Of a DNA stretch of 53,988 nt, positions 9,970 through 19,486 are shown piece by piece. The stretch is from contig JALRAS010000006.1 in assembly GCA_023262495.1 (NCBI GenBank), forward strand, positions 1-53,988. The letters are read 5' to 3'. Under the pieces are notes generated by a model, which was given only the letters and a program-made list of their open reading frames with translations, was not told the origin of the DNA and did no database searches. The position numbers were made by a program, and so were the translations under genes. The first letter of the stretch is position 1, and every line of letters begins with the position of its first letter. This DNA is from Bacteroidia bacterium. GTDB taxonomy: Bacteria > Bacteroidota > Bacteroidia > UBA4408.

Positions 9970-11283
9970 ATGAACAATGTTTCTGTTCCTCATATAACAC
10001 AATCTGCAGCTGATCATTTTCGACTAGTTTCAGCTTCATTGCCTGGTGATAGCAAGGTTCTTGAACTTAGAACAAATGCAATGGAGCGCTTTGTGGCTAA
10101 AGGTTTTCCACTAAAATCTGACGAAGAGTACAAATATTCGGGTACCGAAAAAATATTGAAGGATGAAATTTTATGGACGACCGAAATTGCGCCTGAAAGA
10201 GTTATAGATTTTGATACCATTAGAAATCTTCACAAGGACGCCTTACATGTTTTTTTCGTGAATGGTGAATTGATTGAGCAAGCATCTGATATCAATGCCT
10301 TACAAAATAAGTTAGTCATCTGCACCTTAAAGAATGCAGCGTATGATCATGCTGAAGTTTTCAATAAGTATTATGGCAAAAATGTTGTTGGTTTTGATGA
10401 TGCATTTGCACAGTTGAATACAGCTATGGCATGTAATGGTTTATTAATTCATGTGCCCGAGGGCCTAATAATTGAAAAGCCCATTCAAATAAATCACATT
10501 GGATATGCAAACAATCAATCCTTTTATCAACAGCATCACTTGATTATTGCTGACAAGGGCGCAAGTGTAAATATCATTGAAAATTATATTTCTAACGACC
10601 AATCTGATGCTTATTTTAATAACCAGGTAAATGAAATATTTATTGCTGAAAATGCACAAGTAAAATATTATCAATTACAAAACGAGAACAAGCAAGTAGT
10701 GCATATTAATGCAACACAAGTGCATCAAGAGCAAAGCTCTTATTTCGATACCAACACAATAACGATCGGAAGTGCTTGGTTGCGTAACAACCTAAATATT
10801 AAGTTGAACGGCTTGCATTGTGAAACGCACCTGAACGGATTGCAAATTTTATCAGGTCAGCAGCATGTCGATAACCATACATTGGTTGATCATCAAATGC
10901 CGCATTGCAATAGTAATCAGCTGTACAAGGGTATATTAAAAGACAAAGGCACAGGGGTGTTTAATGGGAAGATTTTTGTTAGGAGAGATGCTCAAAAAAC
11001 TAATGCTTATCAATCTTCAAAAAATATGTTGATGAGTGATGATGCAACTATGAACACCAAACCTCAACTTGAAATTTATGCCGATGATGTAAAATGTTCT
11101 CATGGTTCAAGCACAGGACAAATTGATAAAAATGCGCTCTTTTATTTGCGCTCACGAGCACTGTCAGAGGATAAGGCGCGTACGCTTTTATTGCACGCTT
11201 TCGCTATTGAGGTCATTGAAAAAATAAACATTGCTTCCTACCGAAGTTATATAGAAAATATAATCGAACAACGATTCGAATAA
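9970..11283 (+). CDS. sufD: Fe-S cluster assembly protein SufD
   Basis: 437 aa. The C-terminal beta-helix region is typical of SufD (TKPQLEIYADDVKCSHGSSTGQID, FYLRSRAL). Its position between sufC and sufS fits. Confidence 0.93.
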   Translation: MNNVSVPHITQSAADHFRLVSASLPGDSKVLELRTNAMERFVAKGFPLKSDEEYKYSGTEKILKDEILWTTEIAPERVIDFDTIRNLHKDALHVFFVNGELIEQASDINALQNKLVICTLKNAAYDHAEVFNKYYGKNVVGFDDAFAQLNTAMACNGLLIHVPEGLIIEKPIQINHIGYANNQSFYQQHHLIIADKGASVNIIENYISNDQSDAYFNNQVNEIFIAENAQVKYYQLQNENKQVVHINATQVHQEQSSYFDTNTITIGSAWLRNNLNIKLNGLHCETHLNGLQILSGQQHVDNHTLVDHQMPHCNSNQLYKGILKDKGTGVFNGKIFVRRDAQKTNAYQSSKNMLMSDDATMNTKPQLEIYADDVKCSHGSSTGQIDKNALFYLRSRALSEDKARTLLLHAFAIEVIEKINIASYRSYIENIIEQRFE

Positions 11284-11293
11284 GAATAACAAT

Positions 11294-12535
11294 ATGCTGG
11301 AGGAATCAAAAATACAGACTGCGAATATTGCCGAATACAGAAAAGATTTTCCTATTCTGAGCCGTCAAATCAATAACAAGCCGTTAGTATATTTCGATAA
11401 TGGAGCTACAACTCAGAAGCCACAGGTTGTGATTGATGCCGTTAGTCATTATTACGAGCATCTGAATGCCAATATACATCGTGGTGTACATACACTCAGT
11501 CAAGAAATTACGTTAGCTTATGAAGATGCGCGCATCAAGGTTCAGCAGCATTTAAACGCAGCTCATTCTCACGAAATTATATTTACCAAAGGAACTACCG
11601 ATGCCATTAATTTGGTTGCACATTCCTTTGGAAAAAAATATTTTACTTCTGGCGATGAGATACTGATTTCTGCCATGGAACATCACTCAAATATAATTCC
11701 ATGGCAACAATTATGTGAAGAAAAAGGATGCGAGTTGAAAGTTATACCAATCTCCGATTCTGGTGAAATATTGATGGATGCGTTTGAAGAGTTGCTTACA
11801 AGCAAAACAAAAATTGTAGCAATTACGCATGTATCAAACACCTTGGGAACAATTAACCCGGTAAAGGATATGATTGCCTGTTCGCATCGGAAAGGTATTC
11901 CTGTTTTGATTGACGGAGCTCAAGCAGTTCCGCACCTAGCAGTGGATGTACAGAATCTGGATGCTGATTTCTATTGTTTTAGCGCACATAAATTATTCGG
12001 ACCTACCGGAGTTGGTGTGCTTTATGGGAAAGAAATTTTTTTAAACGAATTACCCCCTTATCAAACTGGCGGTGGTGTCATCTTGTCGGTTGATTTTCAA
12101 AAAACAACTTTTGCTCCGCTTCCGCTAAAATTTGAAGCAGGCACACCGCACATTGCAGGGGGAATTGGTTTGGCAGCAGCTATTGATTACGTGAATCAAA
12201 TAGGACTAAATAACATTACTACCTACGAACATTATTTGTTGGAACATGCCACCAATAGGTTACAAGAAATAGAAGGGGTTAAAATAATTGGTAATGCCAA
12301 TAAAAAGGCAGCTGTAATTTCATTTATAGTTGATTCATGTCATCCTTTAGATGTAGGTACATTGCTCGATAAACAAGGAATTGCTGTTAGAACTGGTCAT
12401 CACTGCACACAACCTTTGATGAAATTATTGGGTATTCCGGGCACAGTTCGTGCCTCGTTTGCATTCTACAACACCATCGATGAAATAGATGTATTTGCAG
12501 AGGCGTTGAAAAAGACAATTCGTCTGCTTAAATAA
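11294..12535 (+). CDS. sufS: Cysteine desulfurase, SufS subfamily (PLP-dependent)
   Basis: 413 aa. Motifs YFDNGATTQKP, HRGVHTLS, SAHKLFGPTGVGVLYG (PLP Lys) and RTGHHCTQPL (catalytic Cys). Confidence 0.95.
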   Translation: MLEESKIQTANIAEYRKDFPILSRQINNKPLVYFDNGATTQKPQVVIDAVSHYYEHLNANIHRGVHTLSQEITLAYEDARIKVQQHLNAAHSHEIIFTKGTTDAINLVAHSFGKKYFTSGDEILISAMEHHSNIIPWQQLCEEKGCELKVIPISDSGEILMDAFEELLTSKTKIVAITHVSNTLGTINPVKDMIACSHRKGIPVLIDGAQAVPHLAVDVQNLDADFYCFSAHKLFGPTGVGVLYGKEIFLNELPPYQTGGGVILSVDFQKTTFAPLPLKFEAGTPHIAGGIGLAAAIDYVNQIGLNNITTYEHYLLEHATNRLQEIEGVKIIGNANKKAAVISFIVDSCHPLDVGTLLDKQGIAVRTGHHCTQPLMKLLGIPGTVRASFAFYNTIDEIDVFAEALKKTIRLLK

Positions 12536-12546
12536 AATAAACTATA

Positions 12547-12978
12547 ATGAACTTTGCACAAATAGAAAATGAAATCGTAGAGGAGTTTGAGTTGTTTGGC
12601 GATCATTGGGAAGCCCGCTACGAGCATCTGATTGATATGGGAAAATCGCTTCCGCTAATTCCTGAAAAGGAAAAAACAGATGATTTACTCATAAAAGGTT
12701 GTCAAAGCAAACTTTGGTTGAAATCTTATTTTGATGGAACGCTGGTAACTTATATGGCCGATAGTGATGCTATTATCACAAAGGGAATTGCTGCGCTCAT
12801 TATAAGGGTTTTGAGTCATCATACACCAGATGAAATTGTTCAAGCTGAATTGCAATTTATCGACAAAATCGGACTGAAAGAGCATTTAAGTCCAACAAGG
12901 GCCAATGGTCTTGTGAGCTTAATCAAACAAATGAAACTTGACGCCCTTGCCTATCTATCAAAATCAGCAAAACAATAA
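12547..12978 (+). CDS. sufE: Sulfur acceptor protein SufE
   Basis: 143 aa. The conserved region LIKGCQSKLWL carries the persulfide-acceptor Cys. It lies immediately downstream of sufS. Confidence 0.9.
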   Translation: MNFAQIENEIVEEFELFGDHWEARYEHLIDMGKSLPLIPEKEKTDDLLIKGCQSKLWLKSYFDGTLVTYMADSDAIITKGIAALIIRVLSHHTPDEIVQAELQFIDKIGLKEHLSPTRANGLVSLIKQMKLDALAYLSKSAKQ

Positions 12979-12989
12979 TAAGAAAATAT

Positions 12990-13319
12990 ATGCCTGCCGT
13001 TATCATATCAGATAATACCGAACTAACCCAAAAGGTAATAGATGTACTTAAAACAGTTTATGATCCTGAAATACCAGTCGATATTTGGGAGCTGGGGCTA
13101 ATATATGAAATCAAGGTTTCTGCCGATGCCGATGTATTGGTAACCATGACGCTCACTTCTCCTTCCTGTCCTGTGGCAGAGACACTGCCACCCGAGACCG
13201 AGGAAAAAATCAAGAACATTGAAGGGGTAAAATCAGCCAAAATAGCCCTCACCTTTGAGCCGCCTTGGGAGAAAGATATGATGAGTGATGTGGCACAATT
13301 GGAATTGGGTTTTATGTAG
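12990..13319 (+). CDS. DUF59/MIP18-family Fe-S assembly protein (SufT/PaaD-like)
   Basis: 109 aa. Motifs DPEIPVDIWELGLIY and TLTSPSCPVAE are typical of DUF59 SUF-associated proteins. Confidence 0.85.
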   Translation: MPAVIISDNTELTQKVIDVLKTVYDPEIPVDIWELGLIYEIKVSADADVLVTMTLTSPSCPVAETLPPETEEKIKNIEGVKSAKIALTFEPPWEKDMMSDVAQLELGFM

Positions 13320-13345
13320 CATCTGATTCATTTAAATTTTCAAGG

Positions 13346-13882
13346 ATGGATGAAATTATCAATAAAGTTGCATCAAGTGGATTAGTGGAAATTAATCTCG
13401 AAGAATTTTATGATCCTACAGAAAAAATTGCTGTAGATATGAAAGACTTTTTGAGTGTGGTGAACATGCAAGGTGGCGATGCTTATCTTTTGAAAGAAAA
13501 GTTATTTAGAGAAAAAATAAGTCAACTCAAGATTGATAGCTATCAAGATAAAATTGTTCATCTATTTTGCTCCGTTGACGCCATCATACCAACATGGGCC
13601 TATATGCTACTTACCATTAGTATTTCTCCAATTGCAAAAAGGGTGATGTTCGGAAAAAAGGATCTTGTTGAAGAAATTCTTTTTAGTGAAGCGTTGGCAA
13701 AAATCAATCCCGCTGACTATACAGATGCGAAGGTCGTCATCAAAGGATGCAGTAAGGTTGATGTACCAATTAGTGCTTACTGCGAGCTTTCTGCTAAGTT
13801 AAGGCCTTATGTTAAGAGCATCATGTATGGCGAACCCTGTTCCACAGTTCCTCTATATAAAAAAACGAAATCAACAATGTAG
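13346..13882 (+). CDS. Conserved hypothetical protein at the end of the suf cluster (DUF2480-like by recollection)
   Basis: 178 aa, co-oriented 26 nt after the DUF59 gene. Four Cys residues. The family assignment is from memory of Bacteroidota suf loci and is not verified. Confidence 0.6.
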   Translation: MDEIINKVASSGLVEINLEEFYDPTEKIAVDMKDFLSVVNMQGGDAYLLKEKLFREKISQLKIDSYQDKIVHLFCSVDAIIPTWAYMLLTISISPIAKRVMFGKKDLVEEILFSEALAKINPADYTDAKVVIKGCSKVDVPISAYCELSAKLRPYVKSIMYGEPCSTVPLYKKTKSTM

Positions 13883-14060
13883 TATAATTCAAATATAATA
13901 CTATCAGTTTTTTATTATCTGACAAAGCAATATGTTTTTTAATTTCTAAACCCTCAAAATTAAATACCTATTACCTTCCAATATGATACTTATCAAGTAG
14001 CTTAGGATAAAATTTTTGAGACCACAGCAGATTTCTCTTCATTGTAAATTTTTCTTTTTT

Positions 14061-14186
14061 AACCCGAATTAATCAGTAGAAGTTACGCATGTAAAGCATT
14101 AGTGATTTCATGAGGGTAATCCCGCTTAGCAGTTGTTACACCTGCTGTTTCAGCGATTCCGCATTATTTAATGCTAAATTTTGGTT
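14061..14186 (+). repeat. Copy 1 of a conserved structured non-coding element (candidate sRNA or cis-regulatory RNA)
   Basis: Near-identical to 34344-34494. The first 72 nt differ at 7 positions, and the gctgttt[c/t]agcgattccgcatt block is shared. No ORF. The ends can pair (aacccgaatt / aattttggtt). Internal hairpins are conserved. The terminal hairpin gcatt-attt-aatgc (14161-14174) is followed by a T-rich tract. Confidence 0.6.
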
Positions 14187-14457
14187 CAACCAGTTGTTTT
14201 GGTTATTCTGCATGTTCTAAGAGGGAATTTGGATTAAAAGCGAGGGACTAACAATAGAGCAAATTCATATGCGTTAAAAAAGCAAAATGAACCGGGGCCT
14301 ATCTCATTCGTAATAAAAACTAGGCAAATGATTTCAGAAAGCGAGTTTTTAATATAAAAAATGGATAGCCACATTAAATCATAATTTTTAAATAGGCATT
14401 TTCTAATCGACCAAAATAGAATACGTTACATTAAAAGTATTATCTTTGTGGATTGAT

Positions 14458-15753
14458 ATGGTATTAACTCTTCAAGTATTCAAAGGAAACGCACGGAATT
14501 CGGCAATTAAACGCTGCATGACCATCCTATTGATGATTTTGATGGTCAATTTTTTAGGAATTGATAAAGCCAATGCTCAAAAAGGACAAGCCTTTACACT
14601 CGAAATAAACGGAATTATTAAAGATGATGACAACGGTCGGTCTATCGATGGGGCTATTGTAAAGGTTACCACAGTAAGTGGTCAAACAGTTCAAAGTTCA
14701 ACTACCACCGGAAATGGAAAGTTTAAATTTATTCTGGAGCCGAATAAAGAGTATCTCATCACCGCCTCTAAACCAGGTTACACCGGCAAAATTGTAAGTG
14801 TTAACACAAAGGATGTTGATGTTAATTCAGGTACTCTTGATTATTATAAGTTTCCAATTTCAATCAGTATTTTCAAGGAGGTTCCTGATTTAGATGTATC
14901 AGTGTTAAAAAGTCCCATAGGTTCCATTTTTTATAATCAAACATTAAAGGATTTTGATTACACAGCAGACAAGTTTCAGCGAGAAGCCATGGAAAAGATG
15001 GTTAAAGAATTGGAGAAGAAAAAGAAAGAGGAGGTTGAAAAAAAGACCAAAGAGGACAATGAACTGAAGGATAAGGCCAAAAATGAGGCAAAGCAAAAAG
15101 CAGAAGCAGAAGCTGCCGCCAGAAAAAAAGCCGAGGAAGAAGCAAAAAATAAGTTAAAGGATGAAGCCAAAGCCAAAGCGGATGCAGAAGCAGATGCAAA
15201 AAGAAAATTGGCAGAATCGGAAGAGGCAAAGAAAAAGCAAGCTGCGGATGCTAAAAAAGCTGCCGAAGAAGAAATCAAACGGAGAGCGAAAGAGTCGGCT
15301 GAGGAGGCAGAAGCAAGGAAGAAATCTGAGGCAGAGGCAAAGCGATTGGCAGAAGAGGAGGCCAAAAATAAAGCGAAGGCAGAAGCTGAAGCGCGTGCTG
15401 AAGAAGAATTGAAGAAAAGAGAAGAAGCCAAAAAAAAGGCAGAGGAGGAAGCCAAAATTAGGGCTGAAGCCAAGGCACTCGAAATGGAAAAAAGAAAAGA
15501 AGAGGCTGAGGCAAGAAGGTTGGCAGCTGAAGAGGCCAAAAAAATCTATGTTAAAAATATTGATTATGAAACACAAGAAGGCACTAACTTTAACATCACA
15601 AAAACAATAATTACTACACTCAAAGATGAAAAAGTGGAGTATAAGAAAATAATATATAGTTGGGGAGGGGTGTATTATAAGAAGGATACCTCGGACATCA
15701 CCGAAGAAAGTTTCATCACCGACCTTAAAAATGTAATCTTAAAAACCGAATAA
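14458..15753 (+). CDS. Secreted protein: CarboxypepD_reg-like domain, long Lys/Glu/Ala-rich (TolA-like) coiled coil, small C-terminal domain
   Basis: The ORF is open from TTG 14446. ATG 14458 gives a basic n-region, the hydrophobic core MTILLMILMVNFL and an ANA-Q cleavage site (ATG 14518 is an alternative). IKDDDNGRSIDGAIVKVTT...GNGKFKF is CarboxypepD_reg-like. About 170 aa are of the AEEEAKNKAKAEAEARAEEE type. Confidence 0.75.
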   Translation: MVLTLQVFKGNARNSAIKRCMTILLMILMVNFLGIDKANAQKGQAFTLEINGIIKDDDNGRSIDGAIVKVTTVSGQTVQSSTTTGNGKFKFILEPNKEYLITASKPGYTGKIVSVNTKDVDVNSGTLDYYKFPISISIFKEVPDLDVSVLKSPIGSIFYNQTLKDFDYTADKFQREAMEKMVKELEKKKKEEVEKKTKEDNELKDKAKNEAKQKAEAEAAARKKAEEEAKNKLKDEAKAKADAEADAKRKLAESEEAKKKQAADAKKAAEEEIKRRAKESAEEAEARKKSEAEAKRLAEEEAKNKAKAEAEARAEEELKKREEAKKKAEEEAKIRAEAKALEMEKRKEEAEARRLAAEEAKKIYVKNIDYETQEGTNFNITKTIITTLKDEKVEYKKIIYSWGGVYYKKDTSDITEESFITDLKNVILKTE

Positions 15754-15981
15754 AATAAGCCGGGTTGTCATTATTCTCCGAAGGAAAAAATTATAATAGT
15801 TTCGTATTTTTTAGTCCTCATTGTTAGTTAAGTCAAGGTTTTGTTAATAAATAAATTCAATCAGCAAAATTTATTGCTCTTGAAAATCAGCAAGTTGCAA
15901 AAAGTGAAAATAAATTGCTGAAGAAATCAATAGAAAATCTCGAATTTTTTCAACCAAAGTTTTTTTTTTAGGAATATTTAT

Positions 15982-15989
15982 TACCTTTG
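15982..15989 (+). promoter_or_regulatory. Candidate -7 promoter box (TACCTTTG) for the rpsL-led ribosomal cluster
   Basis: Exact TAnnTTTG match about 60 nt upstream of the rpsL ATG. It is followed by GCACTCC, the same 10-mer TTTGCACTCC seen at the suf candidate promoter, and by a short hairpin (tccct..aggg(g)). Confidence 0.3.
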
Positions 15990-16050
15990 CACTCCCTTTT
16001 TTACGAGGGGTATGTTCAAAAATTTAATAAAATATTAATCAATTAACTAA

Positions 16051-16467
16051 ATGCCTACAATACAACAATTAGTTCGTAAAGGCCGCCAAAAGCTGGATTA
16101 CAAGAGTAAATCAGCCGCTTTGGATTCATGTCCGCAAAGGCGCGGTGTTTGTGTGCGTGTTTATACAACCACACCTAAGAAACCAAATTCTGCAATGCGT
16201 AAGGTTGCAAGGGTTCGCTTAACCAATACCAAAGAGGTTAACGCTTACATCCCTGGAGAAGGTCACAACTTACAGGAGCACTCTATTGTGCTTATCCGTG
16301 GAGGAAGGGTAAAAGATCTTCCGGGAGTACGTTACCATATTGTGCGTGGTGCACTCGATACCTCAGGTGTTGACGGTCGTAACCAACGTAGAAGTAAATA
16401 TGGTACCAAAAAGCCAAAAGCCGGTGCAGCAGCCGCAGCCGCAGCTAAAGGAGCTAAAAAGAAATAA
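16051..16467 (+). CDS. rpsL: 30S ribosomal protein S12
   Basis: [12 protein letters not shown]..., [16 protein letters not shown] and [14 protein letters not shown] are present. The C-terminal Ala/Lys tail is lineage-typical. Confidence 0.98.
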   Translation: MPTIQQLVRKGRQKLDYKSKSAALDSCPQRRGVCVRVYTTTPKKPNSAMRKVARVRLTNTKEVNAYIPGEGHNLQEHSIVLIRGGRVKDLPGVRYHIVRGALDTSGVDGRNQRRSKYGTKKPKAGAAAAAAAKGAKKK

Positions 16468-16503
16468 TAACATTTTAGGTAATAACATTCATAAGCCTTT
16501 CAA

Positions 16504-16971
16504 ATGAGAAAGTCAACACCCAAAAGAATTCCGTTACTTCCGGATCCAAAGTTCAATGACACTTTGGTAACCCGTTTTGTAAACAACCTAATGTACTCAG
16601 GTAAAAAAAGTACAGCTTACAACGTATTTTATGATGCCATAGATATTGTTGAACAAAGAACCAACGAAAATGGTCTCGATGTGTTTAAAAAAGCATTGTC
16701 AAACATAACCCCTCAAGTAGAGGTGAAAAGCCGCAGAGTGGGTGGAGCAACGTTCCAAATTCCTCAAGAAGTGCGTCCAGAGAGAAAAGTTGCAGTAGCA
16801 ATTCGTTGGATGATTCAATTTTCTCGTAAAAGAAACGAGAAATCGATGAGCATGAAGCTTGCCGGTGAAATTGTAGCAGCCTCTAAAGAAGAAGGAGCAG
16901 CATACAAAAAGAAGGAAGATACACACAGAATGGCCGAGGCAAACAAAGCATTTTCACATTTCAGATTCTAA
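16504..16971 (+). CDS. rpsG: 30S ribosomal protein S7
   Basis: 155 aa. PDPKFND, LVTRFVN and [16 protein letters not shown] motifs. Follows rpsL. Confidence 0.98.
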   Translation: MRKSTPKRIPLLPDPKFNDTLVTRFVNNLMYSGKKSTAYNVFYDAIDIVEQRTNENGLDVFKKALSNITPQVEVKSRRVGGATFQIPQEVRPERKVAVAIRWMIQFSRKRNEKSMSMKLAGEIVAASKEEGAAYKKKEDTHRMAEANKAFSHFRF

Positions 16972-16978
16972 ACGTCAA

Positions 16979-19096
16979 ATGAGCCACTTAAAATTTACAA
17001 GAAATATTGGTATTGCCGCGCACATTGATGCGGGTAAAACAACCACCACTGAGCGTATTTTATACTACACTGGTGTGAACCACAAAATTGGTGAGGTGCA
17101 TGATGGTGCAGCCACAATGGATTGGATGGTTCAAGAGCAGGAGAGGGGAATCACGATTACCTCTGCAGCTACCACTTGCTTCTGGAACTACAGAAACGAG
17201 AAATATAAATTAAACATCATTGATACTCCCGGTCACGTGGACTTTACTGTTGAAGTAAATCGTTCATTACGTGTACTCGATGGTCTTGTATTCCTTTTTT
17301 CAGCAGTTGATGGTGTAGAACCACAATCTGAAACTAATTGGAGATTAGCAAATAATTACAACGTAACACGTTTGGGATTCGTTAATAAAATGGATCGCTC
17401 CGGTGCGGATTTTCTTGCGGTTGTAAAGCAGGTTCGCGAAATTTTAGGTGGTAATGCAGTTCCACTTCAGTTGCCTATTGGAGCTGAAGAAACTTTTAAG
17501 GGGGTGGTTGACTTAATCAACAACCGTGCAATTATCTGGAACGAACATGATAAAGGAATGACTTTCACAGAAGTTCCTATTCCTGACGATATGAAGGATG
17601 AAGTGCATGAGTGGAGAGAAAAATTGTTAGAGTCGGTTTCTGAGTTTGATGAGAAATTGATGGAGAAGTTTTTTGATGCTCCTGAAACTATCACAGAAGC
17701 AGAAGTACTTAGCGCACTCCGTCAAGCTTGTTTGGCCAACAAAATCGTTCCAATGGTTTGTGGTTCTTCTTTCAAAAATAAGGGTGTTCAAACTATGCTT
17801 GATTTAGTGATGGAGCTAATGCCTTCACCGCTTGATAAAGAAAACATCAAAGGAACAAATCCTGATACAGGCGAAGAGGTTGTTAGAAAACCTGATGCCA
17901 AGGATCCTTTCACAGCATTAGCTTTTAAAATTGCTACTGATCCATTCGTAGGACGTTTGGCTTTCTTCCGCGCCTATTCAGGTCGCTTAGATGCAGGGTC
18001 TTATGTGCTCAACACAAGAAGCGGAAATAAAGAGCGTATCTCTCGTATTTTCCAAATGCATGCCAACAAACAAAATTCTATTGAATTTATCGAGGCCGGA
18101 GATATTGGTGCTGCAGTAGGATTTAAAGATATCCGCACGGGTGATACCTTGTGTGATGAAAAGAATCCAATCGTTTTAGAGGCAATGAATTTCCCTGAGC
18201 CAGTAATTGGTATCGCTATCGAGCCAAAAACGCAGGCCGACTTAGATAAATTAGGTGTTGCTCTCAATAAGCTTTCTGAAGAGGATCCAACATTCAAGGT
18301 GCATACCGATGAAGATTCTGGTCAAACCGTTATCAGCGGAATGGGAGAGTTGCACTTAGAGATTATTGTAGATCGTTTAAGAAGAGAATTTAAAGTTGAG
18401 GTTAACCAAGGAGCACCGCAGGTATCATACAAAGAAACAATTAATGGTTCAATTGAACACCGCGAAGTTTATAAGAAGCAAACAGGTGGTAGAGGTAAAT
18501 TTGCCGATATCAAGGTTGTGATATCTCCTGTTGATGCTGATTGGGATATTTCTAAGGATGCTTTACAATTTGTAAATGAAATCGTTGGTGGTAATATTCC
18601 ACGAGAGTATATTCCTTCTGTAGAAAAAGGATTCAGAGCAGCTATGGCTAACGGTGTATTGGCAGGTTTCCAAATGGATTCAATGAAGGTGAGGTTATTG
18701 GATGGTTCTTACCATGCGGTTGACTCGGATTCATTATCATTTGAAATTTGTGCTAGAACAGCTTTCCGTGAGGCCTTACCTAAATGTAATCCAGTATTGC
18801 TTGAGCCAATCATGAAAATAGAAGTGTTAACTCCAGAGCAAAACATGGGTGATGTGGTAGGTGACTTAAACAAGAGAAGAGGTCAAATTGAAGGCATGGA
18901 TTCTAAAAACAACACCCAGGTTATTAAGGCCAAGGTACCTTTGGCAGAGATGTTTGGTTATGTTACTCAATTGCGCACGATCACTTCAGGTAGAGCATCG
19001 TCCACAATGGAATTTGATCACTATCAAGAAGCACCTAGAGGTGTTGCAGATGAGGTGGTAGCTAAAATCAAAGGTAAAAAAGCAGAAAAAGTATAA
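16979..19096 (+). CDS. fusA: Elongation factor G
   Basis: 705 aa. G1 [13 protein letters not shown]3 [13 protein letters not shown], and EF-G domains IV/V ([22 protein letters not shown]). Confidence 0.98.
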   Translation: MSHLKFTRNIGIAAHIDAGKTTTTERILYYTGVNHKIGEVHDGAATMDWMVQEQERGITITSAATTCFWNYRNEKYKLNIIDTPGHVDFTVEVNRSLRVLDGLVFLFSAVDGVEPQSETNWRLANNYNVTRLGFVNKMDRSGADFLAVVKQVREILGGNAVPLQLPIGAEETFKGVVDLINNRAIIWNEHDKGMTFTEVPIPDDMKDEVHEWREKLLESVSEFDEKLMEKFFDAPETITEAEVLSALRQACLANKIVPMVCGSSFKNKGVQTMLDLVMELMPSPLDKENIKGTNPDTGEEVVRKPDAKDPFTALAFKIATDPFVGRLAFFRAYSGRLDAGSYVLNTRSGNKERISRIFQMHANKQNSIEFIEAGDIGAAVGFKDIRTGDTLCDEKNPIVLEAMNFPEPVIGIAIEPKTQADLDKLGVALNKLSEEDPTFKVHTDEDSGQTVISGMGELHLEIIVDRLRREFKVEVNQGAPQVSYKETINGSIEHREVYKKQTGGRGKFADIKVVISPVDADWDISKDALQFVNEIVGGNIPREYIPSVEKGFRAAMANGVLAGFQMDSMKVRLLDGSYHAVDSDSLSFEICARTAFREALPKCNPVLLEPIMKIEVLTPEQNMGDVVGDLNKRRGQIEGMDSKNNTQVIKAKVPLAEMFGYVTQLRTITSGRASSTMEFDHYQEAPRGVADEVVAKIKGKKAEKV

Positions 19097-19123
19097 CATA
19101 TATAGTTCTTTATTCAATATACA

Positions 19124-19429
19124 ATGAGCCAAAAAATCAGAATCAAACTTAAATCTTACGATTATAATCTTGTAGATAAATCTGCAGAGAAAATCGTAAA
19201 AACAGTAAAGTCGACAGGTGCTGTTGTGAACGGACCAATTCCACTTCCAACTAACAAGAAAATTTTTACTGTGTTGCGTTCGCCACACGTTAATAAAAAG
19301 GCAAGAGAACAATTTCAGTTGTGTTCTTATAAAAGATTGCTCGATATTTACAGCTCAACCTCAAAAACTGTTGATGCATTGATGCGCCTCGAGTTACCAA
19401 GCGGAGTAGAGGTGGAGATTAAAGTGTAA
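19124..19429 (+). CDS. rpsJ: 30S ribosomal protein S10
   Basis: 101 aa. [16 protein letters not shown] and [13 protein letters not shown] motifs. Confidence 0.98.
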   Translation: MSQKIRIKLKSYDYNLVDKSAEKIVKTVKSTGAVVNGPIPLPTNKKIFTVLRSPHVNKKAREQFQLCSYKRLLDIYSSTSKTVDALMRLELPSGVEVEIKV

Positions 19430-19486
19430 GTGCAAGTAGAAGTAATAAGTTAATTTTAAAAAGAAGAGTATTTAAAAATTATAATA

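Noticed and set aside
14976-15576. Several long ORFs on both strands (187, 140, 75 and 83 aa) overlapping the KEA-rich gene
   Set aside because: They are artefacts of the purine-rich GAA/GCA/AAG repetitive coding strand, which removes stop codons in other frames. The products are Ser/Ala/Phe/Leu low-complexity strings.
15862-15920. Imperfect long-range inverted repeat (cagcaaaatttatt / aataaattgctg) upstream of rpsL
   Set aside because: It is AT-rich, needs a 2-nt bulge and lies upstream of the candidate promoter. This is compatible with chance in AT-rich spacer DNA.
16420-16467. Low-complexity C-terminal tails on S12 ([15 protein letters not shown]), S3 and L17
   Set aside because: To my knowledge Ala/Lys/Gly-rich extensions of these ribosomal proteins are common in Bacteroidota. 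There is no evidence of fusion or frameshift.
19097-19123. Absence of tuf between fusA and rpsJ, and of adk after secY
   Set aside because: This is the usual Bacteroidota arrangement, with tuf located with the secE-nusG cluster elsewhere. It is not an anomaly of this window.
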